The notes beneath the pieces were generated by a model. It was not told the origin of the DNA. It did not search any database and was given only the letters and a program-made list of their open reading frames with translations. A stretch of 64,000 nt of DNA from the human T2T-CHM13v2.0 reference genome, Homo sapiens: the NCBI RefSeq assembly GCF_009914755.1, contig NC_060944.1; one strand, written 5' to 3'. Shown one piece after another: positions 1 to 17,512 of this stretch (position 1 is its first letter; every line of letters starts with the position of its first letter). The position numbers and the translations under genes are program-made.

Positions 1-2866
1 TCTTCTTCATGTTTGAAGGATATTTTCACTGGATGGAATTTTCTAAGGTAATTTTTTTTTTCTTTTAAATATGTTATGCCACTCTCTCCTGGCCTGTAAG
101 GTTTCCACTGAAAAGTCTGCTGCCAGACATATTGGAGCTCGATTGTATGTTATTTGTTTCTTTTCTCTTGCTTTTAGAATTTTGTTTTTTTCCTTGACCT
201 TTGGGAGTTTGATTATTAAATGCCCTGAGGTAGTCTTCTTTGGGTTGAATCTGCTTGGTGTTCTATAATTTTCTTGTACTTGAAAATTGATATATTTCTC
301 CAGGTTTCGGAAGTTATCTCTTATTATCACTTTGAATAAACTTTTTACCCCTATCTCTTTCTCTGCCTCCTCTTTAAGGCCAATAACTCTTAGATTTGCT
401 CCTTTGAGGCTATTTTCTAGATCCTATAGGCTTGCTTCCTTTTAAAATTTTTTTTCTTTTGTCTCTCCTGACTGTGTATTTTCAAATTCTTTTCAAGCTC
501 ACTAGTTTTGTTTTATATGCTTGATCAAGTCTGCTATTAAAGGACTCTGATGCATTCTTCAGTATGCTAATTGCATTTCTCAGTTGCAGAATTTCTGCTT
601 GATTCTTTTTAATTATTTTAATCTCTTTGTTAAATTTATGTGAAAGAATTCTGAATTTTTTCTGTGTTATCTTGAATTTTTTTGAGTTTCCTCAACACAG
701 CTATTTTGAATTCTTTGTCTGAAAGGTCACATATCTCTGTCTCCAGGATTGGTCGCTTGTGCCTTATTTAGTTCATTTGGTGAGGTTATGTTTTCCTGGA
801 TAGTGTTGACACCAGTAGATGCTGGTGTCTAACTCTTTGGTGTCTCTTTGGTGTCTAAGCTCTTTGGTGTCTAAGCATTGAAGAGGCAGGTATTTATTGT
901 AGTAATCACTGTATTGGCTTATGTGTAGCTATCCTTCTTGGGAAGCCTTTCCAGATATTTGAAAAAAACTTGGGTGTTGTGAACTAAGCTGAATCTACTT
1001 TAGCGGGCACCCCAAGCCCAGTAAATTGGTGGTTCTTCGGGACTTCTAGAGGTACTGCCTTGATGGTCTTAGACAAGATGCAGGAGAATTCTCTGGATTA
1101 CCAGGCAGAGATTCTTGTTCTCTTCTTTTACTTTCTCCCAAACATACAGAGTCTCTCTCTCTCTCTCTATTCTGAGCCACCTAAAGCTGGAGGTGGAGTG
1201 ACACAATCACCCTGGTGGCCATCACTACTATGACTTCACTGGGTCAGACCTAAAACCAGCGCAGCACTGGGTCTCACCCAAGGCCTACTATAACCACTCC
1301 CTGGTGACTGCCTATGTTCACTCAAGACCCTGGGGCTCTACAACCAGCAGGTGGCAAAGCCAGCCAGGCCTTTATCTTTCACTTCAGGAAGGAGAGGTCT
1401 CCCAGCCCTTGGGTGTATCCAGAAGTGCCATCTAGGAGTCAGGGGCTAGAGTCAAAAACCGCAGAATTGTACCTGGTATTCTACTGTACTGTGGCTGAGT
1501 TGACACTCAAAAGAGAAGATGTAGTCCTTCCCCTCTCCAAAGGCAGAGGAGCCTCATCCCACAGCCACTGCCAACCCAGGTCACTACTGCCAATATTCCC
1601 TTAAGATGCAATCTCTCTTCAATCAGTTTGTTGTGAATGCTGCTTGGCCTGGGATTCACCCTTCAGGGCAGTGGATTCTCCTCTGGTCCAGGTCAGGTCC
1701 AGAATGCCATCCAAGAGTCAAGTCCTGGAATAGCCAACCTCAAGATCCCATTTGGTGTTTTATCCCCCTGTGGCTGTGCTGGTACCTAAGGTGCAAGACA
1801 AAGTCTCCTTCACTTTTCCCTCTGCTTTTCCCAAGAAGAAGGAATTTTACCCTATAGCCACCACAGCTGATAATGTATTGAGTCTCATCTGAAACCAGCA
1901 AGTCTCAGAGGTGCACCTAAGACCCTCAGTGTAGTACCTGGGTATCACTGCTGGTTATTCGGGGCCCAAGGACTCTTCAGTTAGCAAGTGATGAAGGCTG
2001 CCTAGACTGGGTCCTTTCCATCAAGACAGTGGATTCCCTTCTGGCCCAGGGTGTATGTAAATATGTCATCTGGAACTAGGCCATGGAACAGTGGTCTCAT
2101 GACTCTGCCCAGTACCCTATCTTGCTGTGGCTGAGCTGGTATCCTAGATGCAAGATAAAGTCCTCCCCATTCTTCCCTCTCCTTTCCTTAAGCAGACAGC
2201 AGGGGTGTCTTCTGGAGCTGTGAGCTGTGCAGCCTGGGGTTTGGTGAGAGATGATGCTAGCACTCCCTTGGCTGCCCCAGCAGGTGTCTCCGTATGTCAC
2301 TTTTCCCCTCAGTCCGCTGTCTCTGGGCCTAGTTCAGCACCAAAACTCAGATTTGCAGTCCTTATGGCCTAGATGGCCTTTCAAGTTAATTTGGAGTCAC
2401 ACTGTGCTATAGCCCTCAGAGGCTATACGTTTGCAGGCACTCAATTTTGGACTGCTGAGATTGGCAATTCTCTTCTGGCTAGGGCTGTTTTAAATGCTCC
2501 CTCCATGAGCAGGCATCAGTTGAGTTTATTCTGGGTTTCCTTTCTTCTCTAACATGATATAAGTGAGTTCAATACCTCACAGGTGCTGTGTTCTCCCTTC
2601 CCCAGCAACCAGAGATGTTCTCAGCACCATGCTGCTGCTGTTATAAGTAGGAAGGGGTAGTGTCAGAGATTCAAATCTCTTTTTTCTATCTCTTCAGTGC
2701 ATCTTTTAGCAATATAAAGTTAAAACCAGGTACTGTGAATGCTTACCTGATTTTAGGTTCTTATGAAGGTGTGTTTTTCTGTGTAGATAGTTGTTAACTT
2801 GGTGTCTTTGGATGGTGGGGAGGACACTGGTGGCTCTTTCTTTTCTCCCATCTTGTTCCACCTCTC
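1..2866 (-). mobile_element. Old LINE-1 (L1PB/L1MA-type): 5' UTR plus ORF1 remnant, runs off the left edge
   Basis: ORF 43..330(-) translates to ORF1p-like sequence (RTPSRFNPKKTTSGHLIIKLPKVKEK...LAADFSVETLQARREW). The minus strand at ~2866 begins GAGAGGTGGAACAAGATGG, an L1 5' end with a YY1-like CAAGATGG. Long GC-richer 5' UTR at ~880-2860. Confidence 0.85.
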
Positions 2867-3521
2867 CATGCTATTATTAAATTGCAGCCTCTCTCTCCCT
2901 TCAGATATATTAATAATTGCTTCATGTATTTATGTTCTCCAACTTTGGGTACATATACACTTGTAATTGTTATATCTTCTTGATGGATTGACCCCTTTAT
3001 CATTATATTGTGACCTTTGTCTCTCTAAAAAACTTTTTTTGAGTTAAGGTCTATTTTTTTATATAAGTGCAGCTACCTCTGTTCTCTTTTGGTTTCTGTT
3101 TGCGTGAGGTAACTTTTTTCATCCCTTCACTTTCAGTTTATGTGTGTCCTTAAAGTGAAGTTATTCTCTTGTAGGCAGCATATGGTTGGGTTTTCTTTTA
3201 ATTTTTTTAGCCATTTAGCTGCTCTCTTGTTTAAAGATTTAATCCATTTACATTCATCATAATTATTGATAGGTAAAGACTTACTCCTGTCATTCTGATA
3301 ATTATTTTCTGGTTGTTCTATATATCCTTCATTCCTCTTCTCTTGCTGTCTTCTCTTACGATTAGGTGATTTCCTGTCATATTGTTTTAAATAGGCTTGG
3401 CTTTGTGGTTAATAAGAGGTTCCATAAAACATTTTATAGTTACAATGGGCTATTTTAAAATGATAATATCTTAAGTTTGATCATATTTGAAAAAAAAATT
3501 TTTTTTTGAATGGTGAAGATC

Positions 3522-3825
3522 TTTTTTTTTTAAATTTTATTATTACTATACTTTAAGTTTTAGGGTACATGTGCACAACGTGCAGGTTTGTTACATATGT
3601 ATACATGTGCCATGTTGGTGTGCTGCACCCATTAACTCATCATTTAGCATTAGGTATATCTCCTAATGCTATCCCTCCCCCCTCCCCCCACCCCACAACA
3701 GTCCCCAGAGTGTGATGTTCCCCTTCCTGTGTCCATGTGTTCTCATTGTTCAATTCCCACCTATGAGTGAGAACATGTGGTGTTTGGTTTTTTGTCCTTG
3801 CGATAGTTTGCTGAGAATGATGGTT
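3522..3825 (-). mobile_element. 5'-truncated young L1PA (L1PA3/4-like) 3' end, ~300 bp
   Basis: Poly(T) followed by TACTTTAAGTTTTAGGGTACATGTGCACAACGTGCAGG...CCCTCCCCCCTCCCCCCACCCC..., the reverse complement of the L1PA 3' UTR. Confidence 0.95.
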
Positions 3826-4330
3826 AATTTTTTGAATTTTTTACTCCACAGCCCTGCCCCACACATTGTTATGTTTTGGCTATCACAATTTACATATTTT
3901 TATATTGTGTAGGCCTTAAGAAATTATTGTAGCTGTTATGTTTAATAGTTTTTGTGAGCTTTATAATGAATATATAAGCGATTTACACACCAGCATTACA
4001 ATATAAGTATTCTGAATTTAACTATGTATTCCCATTTACCAGTGATTTTTATATGTTCATAAGTTTTCATGTTACTAGTTAGTCTTCTTTTTTTTCAAGT
4101 TGAGGATCTCTTGTTAGCATTTCTTGTAAAACAGTCCTGGTGGTAATGAACTTTTTTATCTTTCGTTTTTCTAGGAAGAAAGTCTTTGTCTCTCCTTCAT
4201 TTGTGAAGATCAACTTTACTGAGTATAGTATTCATGGTTCACAGTATTCAGCACTTTGAACATACTATCCCATTCTCCCTGGCTTATAAGGTTTCTGCTG
4301 AAAAATCTGCTGCTAGCCTTATTGAAACTC

Positions 4331-4438
4331 ATATGTATAAACATATATATAAATATATATATATGGATATACATATATATATATGTATAAACATATATAT
4401 AAATATATATATATGGATATACATATATATATATGTAT
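4331..4438. repeat. Perfect 50-bp tandem duplication of TA-rich sequence
   Basis: 4331-4380 is identical to 4381-4430, followed by a partial third copy (ATATGTAT). Confidence 0.95.
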
Positions 4439-6994
4439 CTTTGTGTGTGTCTTTCAGAATCCTGTGTTTGATTTTTGACTATTTCATTTAATATGTCTTG
4501 GCATAGTCTTGTTTGGATTGAATCTAATTGAGCTCTCTTTATCTGGATATTTATATATTTCTAAGACTTAGACAGTATTTTGCTTTTATTTCCTTAAATA
4601 GCTTCTACTCCTTTGTCTTTCTCTTCTCTTTCGGAAACTACTATAACTTGAGTATTTTCTCTTTTAATGCTGTCTTATAAATATCATAAGCTTTCTTCAT
4701 TTATTTATATTATTTTTCTCCTCTGACTGCATATTTTCAAATAACTTAATTGCTCTGCTTGATCAATTCTGCTGTTGATGCTTTCAAATTGCATTTTAAT
4801 TTGATTCAATGTATTTTTCAGCTCCAGAATTTCTATTTGACTTTTGTTTAGTCCTGTTGTGGTCATTTAGTTTTTTCCTAATTTCATTGACTTGCTTCTC
4901 CATATCCTTTTTAAGTTTGCTGAGCTTCCTTAAAAATAATTATTTTGAATTTTTTTTCATCTGGCAGTTCACATATCTACATTTCTTCAAAGTCAGCCAC
5001 TGAGAGATTATTGTGGTTTTTTTTGGTAGTTGTGTGTATCCTTGCTTTTTTGTGTTTCTTGCCTTATTTTGATATCCTAGGTCCACAGGGATGATCTGGA
5101 GCCTGGGATTGTGGTTGCTGGCCAGATGACGAGGACTTCAGTAGGCAGCTTTACTCTGGGGTGGGCCTGGAGCTTTAGTCTGTGGGGACTCACATGGCAC
5201 TGGAGCAGGCTCAAAGTCTCAGGTCACTGGGGCCAGCTGGGCACTGCGACTAGTCCAGGGCCTGGAGCCAGTGGGATGGCTTGGTGGTAGGTTGAACCCA
5301 GAGTCTGATACCATCAGGTCATCCTAAAACCTGAGGCTCTAGGATCTTGCTAGGTGTTGGAACAGGCTTGGAAGCTCAGTCTTCAGGGACTGGCCTGGAG
5401 TCTGGGTCCATGAAGGTCTGCACAGTGCTGGGTTTTACTGGGGTGGGCTCAGTGATTGGGCCTCAGACGAAGTCTAATGTTCACTTCCCTCTTTTCTTCC
5501 ACATGAAGATTTATCTCTCCGTGATGTGATGCCTGAGGTTGGAGGAGGAGTGATACAGGTAATACTGTCCTGTCTGCCCTCGTCAATGCAGTTTTCTTCT
5601 TACTTCTGTGCTACATTCAGGTGCTGCAATCTATCATCTCAGTTGTTTAGCTCTTGCACAGGTATTTTGTTGTGTAGATACTTGTTTAAATTGATGTTTC
5701 TATGGGGGGGTGAATAGGAGAAAGCCCTATTCTATCACCTTGCTTTTAAATTATATGCATTTAGATTTAAATTGTAAATTTTGTTATAAATTATAATATA
5801 TATTATATGCATTCAGATTCATCAATACTTGAGGTTTCCCAAGAACAGAAGATGGGATCTCTTCTCACAGTTACAAAATTAAAATGCCTACTCAGGCAGT
5901 TTTCGCAAAACAAAGTAGCAGAATGTCTCAAAGGAAAACAAACTTCATCTCTACTTCAACTCACATAGAAAGTGCTGCTTATTTAAAATAGATATATTCC
6001 ACGTTCTACCCAGCAAAACTTTAAAAAATGTAGAAATCAGCCTTACTCAAAACATCTCTCTACATAAGAATAAGTTGGTGCCTACAAGTTTGCTGTAGAC
6101 AGAACATAACAAATTTGCTCTGCTTAGTTTCTGTTTAGTTTCTTCTTGTTTAGTTTTGAGGCTAGGAAGATAAGAGTCCTGGCAGCAAGTAAAAGCTTAA
6201 TAAATATTATTTTCTATTCCTCCTGCTTTCTAAACTTGTTAGATTTGGGAGACTTGGGAAATGTTCAAGTAGTGTCAGTAAATCTTCCTCTCTCTTTCTG
6301 CTCTGATCCTCCCCACAACACCATCCTCTTACCACTTCCCAAAAACAAACTCCAGGAAACACAACCCCCAAAGTGTTTAGACATTCCTAGATTGCCAATA
6401 CCACATAAGCCCATAATTTTCCCCATTAAGTGGAATTGAATATAATTTAAAAGGTTTATGTGCTATTTTAAGATTCTTATTAGGTAATTTTCTTGTGGTA
6501 AAAAGGCTTTGCTTGACTTAAGAATCCACTGAAGCAAGATTATTTATAGATAACCAAATCCAGCAATTCACATTGTAATTTATTAAAAACTTTTTTTCTA
6601 TTAAAGAATCAACACTTACTTAGAAATATAACTTTATTTTAACTTTATCAAGACTAGCACTGTGCTTTGTTTTCCAGGTCATCTTTTAAAAAGAAATCAT
6701 TCTTTTTTTATCAGTTCACTAATACTTACTCACCTGTAGCATAAGCAATAATTGGTGAGAATGGAATACCTATACAGAGCCACAGAGCAGAGTACTTGGT
6801 TAGACTCACTAATTCCTTCCTACCTACCAGCTTGGTAGTGGGCATGATTCAAGAGTTTGTTCCAGAAAAATTAAAAATGACTACTTTAAAGAGACCTTCA
6901 AGAAAGCTCCTAACTAGACAACATTAAATATTAAATCTGCGGCAACCAATGTAGTAGTCTATATAAACTTAATTCTGCCATGTTCCTTGGCTCA

Positions 6995-7236
6995 TTGTGG
7001 TGACTAAGAACATGAGCTCTGGAACCAGATTGCCTGGTGTGAACCCAGACTACACTAATTATCAAAATAGAACCTTCAATGAGTTCTTTAACTTCTCTTT
7101 GTTTTGTTTTCCTTATGCAAAGATCTGATAATAACAATACTTACAACATGTTATTGTTATTTGGATTAAACTGGATAATGAATGTAAAGGACATAGAAGA
7201 CTGCTTGGCTTATAATAAGCACTCAATAAATGCTGG
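6995..7236 (+). mobile_element. MIR SINE
   Basis: GAGCTCTGGAACCAGATTGCCTGG...GTTTTCCTTATGCAAA...AAGCACTCAATAAATGCT resembles the MIR core and 3' end. Confidence 0.7.
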
Positions 7237-9832
7237 TTCATTATTTCTACCCATTAATTACCCTCATTCTATCTCACCCTTGGGTTAAACATCATTTACA
7301 TGATTTTCTAATGACTATTTCCCAAGCATGTTATCATGCAAAATAGATCAAATGAGCTCTATGTAATGATTTAATTAATTAATCATTTGGGCTTTATTTA
7401 AATTAAGTCCCAGACATTTTCATCTAAGATATATTAATTTTTCTGGCCTATTTCCTATACTCTTGTGAACAAAGAATGCTTGAACAAAACACATCCTTTA
7501 TACTTGTCCCAAATTATCCTGACTGCAGGCTTTTTGAAATGGCATCCCTGTCAGGCAACTCAGAGAGTTTTAAAAACAAACAAACAAGCAAAACCCCAGC
7601 CAGGCCAGCTGTATTCTACATGATAATTAAGTGGAGCTTGGGTGAGCTGATACTCAGTAAGGGTCATTTCTTGGCTTTAGCGCTTTTGACATCTTTAAAG
7701 TCCATCTAACTTTATGGCAGCTTCTATTTAAACTGAAATGCAGTTTTCAAAACTAGGGAATCTAATCAAAATGAGTGAAAGCAGGAGAGAAACAACAGGT
7801 TTTCATGCTTTGTAGGTGTGATCTTTTTTCTTTCCATTTTGTTTTTCTTTTTGGTAGTGAATCCAAAACATTTATGATTTGCCAAGAGTATGTACTTTGG
7901 AACTGGAAAAACAACACAATGTAACAGAAATAATGTTTGAATCCATGGACTATCTTCCATGATGACATTTTGGAAAGCAAAAAGATGGATTTATTTCAAA
8001 TTCTCTTCATTTAAAAAAGGTCAGAGGGAAAATTGTATCCCTTTAGTTCTCTAGACTTTGTCCTTTGACTTTCATCTTATTACATATAACAACTTTCAAT
8101 TTAATAAGGCTTGTTGAAAAGCATTTTTTTCATAAAGGTTTATCTTGAGGGAGACATGGAGAAAGCTAATTTCCATTTCTTTGTTTTTAAAATGAAAGAT
8201 GTTTTAGTTCATATACCTGATTCAACCTTCCCACTGCATATACTATTTGGAGAATATGTTCTTTATTTCAAAACCATCCCCCTTGATTCAAGGTGGTTCC
8301 AAATAGTCCTATAGGAAAGGGAGATAATTGAATTTATGTGTGGGAAGAGTGTTGAGAGAAAGGAGTACAAAAAAACAAAAGAGAATTTTTTTGTATTAAA
8401 AGAACAAAAGGTGGGCAGCAGATGACAGGCTTCCATTCTAAAGTATTAAAATAGTATTGTATTTTCTCTTCTTCCAAAGCACTGAGTCCTTAATTTCTTT
8501 AAAAATGACCCTAGAGCAAGGTCACTGATGTCATGGATCACATGTAGCCTACTGCATCTCAGATTGTCCAGTAGCTGTCTTTGCATTATTTAGTCAAAGG
8601 AAAACAAAATTTCAGGTTCACACTGCTCCTGCCCATTTGCTGATTTGTTTTTGATCTAAAATTTAATGCTAAATCCTCAGATTTCCTGAAAGGTGACTAT
8701 CACCACTCTCTCTGAACACAGTTCGGTGTAGACCAGCCCAACCAGAGAATGTCTATGATGCCCATATTGATTAATTTATTCTTAGGGGATATCAAGAAAC
8801 CCTTTTTTTTTCAGGAAGGCAAAGTGTGATTATGCAGCTCTCATAGATAAAGGGATTGAGATCCACAGAAATTAAGTGGTTTATTTAAGAGCCCTCCTCT
8901 TATTAGAGATAACGTCATGGGTTGTAAGTCTTTTGACATGGAAGGTAAATTTCTATAATTCTCTTCCGAATAAATCATTATTAAAATGAGACCTTTTCCT
9001 CTGTTCTTTTACACAACTCTTTTGCTAGAAAGAGTTACCCCAAAACATTTTTCCAGTATTGTCTACATTATGTCCTTGGTAATTAATCCCCTTTAGTCCT
9101 ATGAAGCTTTTCATTGAGCTTGTATTTTTTCCTAATATTATATATGTTCACAGGTATGTGTTTGTTTTTTCACCCCTCCATAATATTTTGAATACATTAA
9201 TGAAAAAATATTCTAATGCTTTTTGTACTTCCCAGGGTATGCAACACTACGTTAATTTACAGTTGGTTCCAGCATGGACAAATTTTATTTATTGGTTGCC
9301 TAATTCATGATATTGAAATGAGCATGACAAAAGGATCACTGGGCTGTTTAAGGTTTAGCTTATACCTCTATATTTTGGGAGAGGTGGAACATCACCTAAG
9401 ACAGGTCATTTATGCAGGTCAGCCTCAGGTTTCTTGTAGCACATAGGATGACCGGGTGAAACAAATTGCATAATATATGGAATGCTTCAGTAACTGCACT
9501 TAACTTTCTTCACTCCTTGTGCATATTATTTGACTTTGGTCCTCACTGAATTCTCAGAGATTAAGTTAAATCAACTGAAAGTGTTATGTGTTGGGTAGAA
9601 TAGGGAAATCAAAAAAAACAGACATGCCCTGGGCTGAGGGATAAGACACCAACATGGAACTCCATGAATCTAAGTTACCACAAATGGAAGTATGAATTGA
9701 CCATGACTATATATGAACAGCTTACAGTTTCAGAATGGCAGTCTGCATGTTGAAAAAAAAAAAAAAAAAGAAAATTACATTCATTCTTCATTCTCCTCCT
9801 TCACCTCATAAGAAATTATCCTCTTTGAGTTA

Positions 9833-10194
<362 letters not shown>

Positions 10195-12579
10195 GAGCAC
10201 ATATGCTCTTCAGAAATCTTCTGAGGAGCTGATCACTGTAGTTCTACTTAGTTATCTAATTTGCCTCACAAAGAACAAAATAATGCCGCTTGATTGTGGA
10301 GCTGATTGGGAGGATAGATCCATTAATACTTTTCAGGACATGTTGAATGACTGTCTTTTTAAGATTGCTCAACCTGATTTGGGATGTCATACCTCACATA
10401 AAAACGGTGCTTTATTTTCATTGAGGTATTGCTTTGTGCAGTCCCAAACCCTATTCACAATGTGTTTAATATGTCATAAGAAATAGATAAATCATCCCCA
10501 GCCAGAGAGTCAATGTGAGGTTATAGTAATTTTGCCCTGAGTGCTGAAGTCCTGACACTTTTAGTGTTGTTACCCTATAATGTTATTTCAGTGAATAAAT
10601 AACAGCACTTTTCTCTATCTCCTAGAAAGATCTTCTGGCATTTTCTAGGGCATTAATCATAAAATCTGTGTTTAATAAAAGGATAAAAGGAAAATATAAA
10701 GAAATGAATTAGGTATTAAATAGCACTGAAGGGAACTATGTGAATTCGGGGTATATTGGAAGGTGAACATTTTGAACTTTTGACAGGTTAAATCGAAGAA
10801 TCTTAATAGACACTTCTCTATTCCTTCAGGATAGGAAATGTTGAATAAAGGTGTTTGATATATATTCAATTTTGTGTATGTGTGTGATTTTTTTCACAGT
10901 CATTTCCCCCAAATTATGCATTTAAAAATAAACACAAAAATATGTCTTCCCTGCAGTAAGTTAAAGTAAAACTCTGATGACTTGGAAATAGCCATTGGAA
11001 GGTAGCAAATTCAATTTAATTCACGTTTAATAAAAGAAAATTATTCAATTATCTCTGTTTTCACAGCTCAAATTTCTATATACATGAGGTAAAGGCAGAT
11101 TCCTAACAATATGGGTGAGACAAAATAATTATGAGAGTAAATATTATAATTATGTAAATAACCTTTGGAATTTTGGGACTTTAACTTTATAACACTTACA
11201 TAAAATGTAAAGGTCACAAAGGATAGGTTTTTCTGAAAGTAGTTCAAGTTGAAACAAAAAATGCAATAGCATAAAATGCACCAAATAAGCTTTCATAAGA
11301 TTTATGTCTTGTTTTTGTTTAACCATTTACTACAAGCTCCAAGGTAACGAGGGGTAAAACTACTTAACTATCAATATTCTCATTCATACTCATTTAATCC
11401 TCATTATTAAGTATGGATGGTACTAACTGCTTCACTCTTTTTGAGGAGTTGTAAGCATCAACAGTGTGATGGATGCAATAGTAATTTGTGAAATGATAAA
11501 GTCCCGTACGAAGGTGAGATAGTATCCATCACCTCTGCCCTCCTTCAGCTCTGCCTCTCAATACAGCAGTTCTTACCAACACATTTCAAGGGCTCTTGAA
11601 AATTACAAGTCAGGAAGGACATCATAACAGCATTAAAATCCTATTTTTCCTCTCTTTCTCAGGGACTAAGGGATTCATTCAGGACTAATAAAGTCCCTTG
11701 CCAGATGCCTAATTGCACATACTTTCTTGAGCTACTTCTTTCAGTAAATTGTTTAGCTAAAATGAGTTTTCAATTAAGTGGAATATTTCTTTTGGGAAAT
11801 TCCTTGAGAATATCACAATACATTGTCCATAGTAGGTCCTTAATACATATCTCTGGCTTGATGGAATGAACTTGTGTGTTAATAGCAAGTGATCTGAGTG
11901 TGATCCCAGCGTGTGAGCACATGCTGACTGATAAAGCTTTGTGTAGATTGCACTTAATAACAATGGACTGTCCACTGATGACTCATGCCATCGATGGGCA
12001 TGCCAGTTCACATCTAGGATACACATTTAAACTCTTTCTAGTTTGATCATACCCCCAGGGAAGACTTGAGTCTTCTGTATCCTGTTAAACATTAATAAAT
12101 CCCAAAAATAAATCAACTCAAATTAATTGCATGTCTGTTATGTACAAAACATTGCCTCACTACACACACAGAAGTGTATGAATTATTGTCCTGTCGGTAC
12201 AATGAAATGCATAAAGTGAATCTCTACATGACCATAAATACAAATTAATGCATATAAAATATAAGAATGGAAACGTGCTAAGCCATCATAAAATAAAGGA
12301 GGAATTTTAAAACAGAAAGAAGAAACCCTAATTTCTATAAATAAATGGGATCATAAAATCCTGTAAATAAAAGCATAACTTGATGCTGTGGCTGTTGGTG
12401 GCAGATCTAGCTCTTTATACCTGGGAATTTGAAGCTTCAATATCCATGTAATAGATGAGACATGAACCACAATCCTACCAGGATGAACAAACACACCTGC
12501 ATACAGCCAAACTGATGGTTTCCTGCTCAGTCCACCAGCCCAAGAAAAGCACAAGAAAGTTGGTCTGTGGCTTCAGATT

Positions 12580-15590
<3,011 letters not shown>

Positions 15591-15832
15591 TTTTATCATA
15601 AATATTTGAATTAATCAGGCCTCTAGATCTATTATTTTACAGAAAATTCAGGAAAGAGATGAATATATTAATAGACCCCACAGTGATACATTCAGGAAAA
15701 GCTTGATTGTGGAAAACTCTATGGCACAAAATCCTGATTTCATCAATAAACAAATTACAAGAAAAAAGAAAAACAGGGAAAGAAAAACAACTGCCAAAAA
15801 AAATTCAAGAGACATGTTAAACTATATATAGG

Positions 15833-16186
<354 letters not shown>

Positions 16187-16665
16187 TTATTAAAATTCAG
16201 ATTTAAATAAACTGACTATAAAAAAGTACTTTTGAAACAAAAACTTTAATCATGATTATATATATTAAGAAAATGTCTATTAAATTATTTAGGTAATAAT
16301 ACTACCATGAAATTATTTTAAAGATTGAAAGATTGTAGCTTGTTATACATTAAAATAATTAATATAGTTGTTTTTAATTATGAACAAAAAATCTATAAAC
16401 CCAAGGTGATATTAATGAAAATTACATTTGACTTTTTGTCATGAAATTTGAAAACAAAACTTTTTAGAGAGATGTACTCAAAAAGTTATAGATGAAATAT
16501 CATAATGGCTCACATTGGTTGCAAAATAATTCAGTGCCTAAGAATGGAAATAAAACAAACTATAGTTGAAACAAGATTGTCTATTACTTCATAATTGTTG
16601 AAACTAAGTAATGTTGCTATTTTCTCTACATTTTCCATAATAAATTTTCCATTACAATATTCCAT

Positions 16666-16835
16666 AGCCGGGCATGGTGGTGCATTCCTCTACATAGCCC
16701 CAACTACTCAGAAGGCTGTGGCTGAAGGATCGCATGAGGCCAGGAGCTCAAGGCTGCTGTAGCCTGTGATCACACCACTGCACTCCAGCCTGGTGACAGA
16801 GCAAGACCCTGGCTCTAAATAAATAAATAAATATG
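16666..16835 (+). mobile_element. Alu monomer (FRAM or AluJ right arm) with (TAAA)n tail
   Basis: GCCGGGCATGGTGGTGCA...CACTGCACTCCAGCCTGGTGACAGAGCAAGACCCTGGCTC followed by TAAATAAA. Confidence 0.9.
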
Positions 16836-17182
16836 TAAATAATGCATAATAAATATTTTTCATAATACATTTGTGAAAACAAATATTTAAGAAGTCATAA
16901 AGAAAATGATGACAAATCATCATAAAATGGAATGACAATTAAGATATTTGTGATGACATTTATCGAATGCAGTTAAACCAGTGCTTAAAGGAAAAATGCA
17001 TACATTGAAAAAGAAGATTAACAATAAATGGGCTAAGTATTATTCTCAATATATTACTAAAAGAGCAGCAGCAGTTGACTACAACCACCACCAAGCAGTT
17101 CAAAGTAAATAATGGAGTAGAAATTGATAAAATGCAAAACAAATCTACAAAACCAAAAGCTATTTCTTAAAAAGTACTATGA

Positions 17183-17512
<330 letters not shown>

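Larger units (their letters stand above)
2867..5745 (-). mobile_element. Older LINE-1 (L1M-type): 5' UTR, ORF1 and ORF2 endonuclease start; interrupted by younger insertions
   Basis: ORF 2794..3003(-) reads IKGSIHQEDITITSVYVPKVGEHKYMKQLL (L1 endonuclease-like). ORF1-like DNA near 4150-4330. L1 5'-end-like AGCAAGGTGATAGAATAG on the minus strand at ~5745. Confidence 0.75.

Noticed and set aside
823-876. Short (CTTTGGTGTCT-based) tandem repeat in the old L1
   Set aside because: Ordinary local slippage with no further signal.
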